The position numbers and the translations under genes were made by a program. A stretch of DNA of 54,967 nt, the filler included, from Bipalium vagum (Eukaryota): the NCBI GenBank assembly GCA_037834085.1. It is 3 parts of 3 records of this genome, joined end to end, with 100 filler letters (N's around TTAATTAATTAA, not from the genome) between each part and the next. Parts side by side here need not be neighbours in the genome. Positions count along the whole stretch, not along the records: positions 36,380 to 54,967 come from JBBMKC010024841.1; 2 more parts are not named here. The stretch is one strand, 5' to 3'. The notes under the pieces were generated by a model. The model saw only the letters and a list, made by a program, of their open reading frames with translations. It searched no databases and was not told where the DNA came from. This document shows, piece by piece, positions 51,054-54,967 of the stretch. Position 1 is the first letter of the stretch, and each line of letters begins with the position of its first letter.

Positions 51054-53332
51054 TTAATATAATTTCGGTGGAATATATCGATAAATGACAAAAGGCAAGG
51101 ATTCATAGAACTTTACATCGACTTCCACTGTTTTTTTGTTGATTTGGTCAGCGACCTTATCGTAGTACCATTTTTCCATACAACCGAGCGTTGCTGGCTG
51201 GAAGTCTTCGTAAAACTTATTGGCGAACAAATGCGGAGTGCTAACTAAAGTCGGCAGGTCAGCGACTCCCAAAATACAAATAGCTCGAACAAATTTCCCA
51301 CTTCCACATGGTAAATGGCCCCAGTTCTTGTAACGCGTTATAAAATGAATGAGATGGTTTTGGTTTCCCGTATGTTCCTCAGGATTACCAACGAACGAAC
51401 CAGGAATTCTGAATTGAGGATTGTGGTTGAGTGTGGAAAAGAATTGCTCATCGGGCACCGACATTTTCTGGAGCGCTTTCAGAATGAGTTGTGATTTCTG
51501 AGATTTGAAAATAAATCCAACGAAGTCTCGATTGACCGTAACATGAACCGACCCCTTGAACCAAGTGACCTTAGGGAAAACCGATAATCAATTCACCATT
51601 TAAGTTACAGTTTTGTAAAAGAAAATCAAATATATCATTTATCAAGCGAATAATGTCCTAGAACAAATAAACCATTCTTTGGTTTCTGATTGGTTGTTTT
51701 TCTTTGGAAAAAAAATTCCAAGAAACGATGTGGAAATTTCCAAAACTCTTTTGAAGCACATTGAGGGCAGCAAAATAACATTATTCATAAAAAATCATTA
51801 TTAATATATCTTTGTTTTATAAAGAAAAATCGATTAATTATAATATGAAAATCAGTACACGATCAAAAATATTGATTTTAATCCGAAAAATGAAATTGAA
51901 AAAATCTTTCGTTTCTCTTTCTCTCGGATCCATATTAGCAAAATTACAGCCTGGAATCACACACTGAACTTAAAGAAGAAATTTATTTTATGCTCTCCAC
52001 AGAAAAAATTAGTGTTGTTATCTGTCGCTTTGACTGCAGAAAAATCTTTCCACAGATTCATGAATGAGAAAAAATCATTGTTCCTCCATGGTAGAGAGAG
52101 AAAGGAAAGGAAAAATATGAAAGATTTGCCGATGCTCATATTCAAAATCATGAACAATGAAATATCGCATGAAAAACGTAAACATAAACAAAGCCTGTGC
52201 AACGTGACGGTTTGTGTTACGTTCAATGAGTTATTGATAAAAATTACTGGCTCAGAATTTATTTCACTGTTGTTAATGGTGACAGAAACAATCTGTGTAC
52301 GTTTCACAGTAATACATATAACAATCGATATAATATGACCAACTATTGACAATATATTTAGAAATTGATACATGATTTATTATTATAAAATCTGAATGAA
52401 TATTTATATAAACCCTCACGATTTTCCAGTCTGTGTAAACAGTAAATCAGATAAGACCACTGAATCATCGATTTCAGAATTTCATGTCAATGACGGTAAA
52501 ATTTTTCAATATGTCACAATAGAGAAAATGAAGATTAGTTTCAACTGACAAGTCTTACCGGAAATGGCATGTGAATAGTTGGAACACGTTCTTCATTTCT
52601 TTTCGCATAAGTTCCTTCGAGGTTGTTTGCACCCTTGTAAGCCTTCAAAATCTTCACGAGCTCTGCATTGGTTTTCAATGGAAACTCTTGTCCAGTTAGA
52701 TTGATTAAGTATTTCCAGTTTTTGTATTTCTCATAGACTTCTCTCATGCAATTCAGGTCAGCGGTCAACACCGACATTTGGCCCCATTGAACGTTGACTC
52801 GGTTGGGGGTGTTGATTATGTTTCCATACTTACTATTAAGGCATTTCACTAAACGATCAATAGACATAAAGAATTGATTATCGGATTTGATGTCGATATG
52901 AATGCAGTAGTAATTCCATGGTCGATAAATGGTTCTTAATAATCTCTCCACTTGGGACACAGTTTTAAATGCAACAATTGTGAAAGCAATTGGAAAGTCT
53001 TTTTCGTCTTCTGTTTGCGATATGTTGGTAAAATATTTTTGCTTAACGAGAAAATTATCACAGCCCTTTTCGAGCATTGAATTGAGTTTTTCATTTGTCA
53101 AAAGATAGTTGTCATTAAAATTCCATTGTTCATATTTCTTGACAAGATTAGGGTCAACATCTTTATTGAGTAATTTATTACACGGCAATTCAGTCTCATT
53201 AAACATAAAAGTGTAACTATGTTTTCGTGGTTCCTTAGTATGGGCTATTGAAAATAACATGAATGATAAAACAATAAGTGAAAGCAATGCCAAAAGTCCC
53301 TTCAGTGATTTGGATTTAAATTGTATCACCAT
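51054..53332 (-). CDS. GCNT: Core-2/I-branching beta-1,6-N-acetylglucosaminyltransferase (GT14), 2 coding exons, 429 aa
   Basis: Exons 53332-52559 and 51569-51054 (CCG|GTAAGA ... CTAAG|GTC). N-terminal TM anchor, then FPIAFTIV, ERLLRTIYRPWNYYCIHID, ADLNCM, WKYLINLTGQEFPLKTNAELV, WFKGSVH, PDEQFFSTLN, CILGVADL, LFANKF. Confidence 0.95.
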
Positions 53333-54480
53333 ATTACTAGAATGTTAACTGTAAAAAGTCAATTGTTAATGCGCTAATCAGAAATCTAAAAGTATAAATA
53401 CATTTATAGAATACGTTATGTAATCATCGTTCTAATTAATGAAGTCAAATTATTATCCTTGAAAATTATTTTAAGTTTTAAATAATAAAACAAAATATTT
53501 AAGAATTTATATAATTCATCTAAGTGTAAAGTGATAAAAATCTAATTTCAATTTCAGTTAAAATATTCTTTTATTAATAATAATAATAATAAATAAAAAT
53601 TGATTTGTTTAGTATAACATTTTTATAAAATATATTTAAATTCTTATACTGAAATTCTATGAAATCATTATTTTATATTTAATACAAATCATTAACACCA
53701 TATCTTTCAAATTCTATCAATTCTCGATTAAGACATTTATCTGTATGGAGACTAAAATTTGCACATATAGTTAATTTAGCTCAAAATTTTCATCATTGTT
53801 TTTTATTATTTTTAATATTTTTATCAAAGACACGAAACCTACAATTAAAAATTCTCAGTTGATTAAACACATCCAGATATTATTTTAATCCTTTTATTTT
53901 TCAATCTTCAAATCTCAATATCACTTTAAAAATAAAGTAGAATATATGGTAGTTCATTACAGACTTTTCTTCTGATTCACTATATTATGATTTTTATATT
54001 CTTATGCGCTTGTTCAGGAAAGGTCGCATGCAATTTATTGAAATGAAGAATTTAAGCATAAGGTAGCTATAAGAATCATTGTAACATATTTATTTATTTT
54101 AATTAATTAATTAATAACTTATAATCCGTAATCGAATTATAATTTTTAATTTTTTAATTTTGTTTTTAATATTATATAGTTTATGATAATTAGCTCACCC
54201 ATAATCAGTAGTGAACCAAAATTATGATGATGAGTTATTTACATATAACTGATTATTTGAGATTTATAATAAAATCTAATAAACAATACTATTTTCCGGT
54301 TCGCTTTTCTGAAATACTCGCTATCGGCTGTATACTGCACCTGATTCCTTTTAAAGTGGGTTTTCCAAAACTTCGTTGATTCTAATCTTGCTCTAGCGAC
54401 TTATGGCTTACTTAGTTCTGGTTCAGATTTGATTTACTCCCTCTTTCTGAGCATTTTATTGCGTATTCAAGCTGAAATTT
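53333..54480 (-). other. Probable 5' UTR intron and non-coding exon of the GCNT gene
   Basis: Acceptor TTTTACAG just upstream of the ATG (~53349). Candidate donor CTAA|GTAAGC at 54411. Confidence 0.45.
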
Positions 54481-54967
54481 TTCAATATTTATATTATTTT
54501 GTTTTTATATTTTCTAAAGTTAGTAACTTAATGTTACTATTTATAGGTTTTACTTTAAAAATTTTATCATAAATCTATTTTTTGAAATCTTATAAAAAAA
54601 TTTTTAGTGAAATTTATTATTTTAGTAACTTTTTGTTACCGTTTACTTTTTTCTTATTTTTTTTCCAAATTAATCATCGAAATGATTATTTTTACTTAAT
54701 TATAATTATAATAATTTTTTTTATATTTTACATATTATATTTTTTATATTTAATATTTTTTGATAATTATTTTAACATAAGAAGGAAAATAGAAAGATTT
54801 TAGGTTTCTATGGGTTATAACTTTTACAATTAAAATAATAAATAAAATTTTACAAAATTATACAATGCCGTCCATTTGTTTTGAGCCACACTGTAAATAT
54901 CGAAATAATTGTAGATTACGAATTATATTAAAAGTTTTATGATTTGAACTATGTTAATTTAGAAATA

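Noticed and set aside
51957-52373. Overlapping ORFs in the GCNT intron
   Set aside because: No motifs, and the GCNT exons join in frame without them.
50200-52450. Forkhead (GTAAACA) site cluster around GCNT
   Set aside because: Only a few hits, expected by chance in such AT-rich DNA.
1-54967. CRISPR arrays, operons, rRNA or prokaryotic defence systems
   Set aside because: No repeat-spacer arrays or rRNA similarity seen. The gene structure is spliceosomal and eukaryotic.

Overview
AT-rich animal nuclear DNA with GT-AG introns as short as 42-56 bp and many decayed Tc1/mariner elements. It is not prokaryotic. A flatworm or other lophotrochozoan source is my inference only. Three assembly gaps are present, two carrying an artificial TTAATTAATTAA linker. 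Host genes reconstructed by hand: a 5-exon cyclin G (minus, 14400-4976); a multi-exon SLC6 glycine-transporter-like gene (plus, ~21327-33579); an intronless PH+RhoGAP-like ORF apparently lacking the arginine-finger motif (34756-35931); the last two exons of a PLEKHG5/6/7-type RhoGEF (41077-46367); and a core-2/I-branching GCNT glycosyltransferase (minus, 53332-51054). The left end is a mosaic of a Polinton/Maverick polB remnant, an intronless IkB-like ankyrin pseudogene and a Ty3/gypsy protease-RT remnant. The rest contains mariner, Tc1, pogo and rosa-type remnants, MITEs, a nested insertion and a tRNA-derived SINE. I did not find a clearly new multi-gene system. The best leads are a bantam-like 23-mer in a cyclin G intron, the Polinton-adjacent ankyrin gene and the putative pseudo-RhoGAP. 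All family assignments come from remembered motifs, not database searches.
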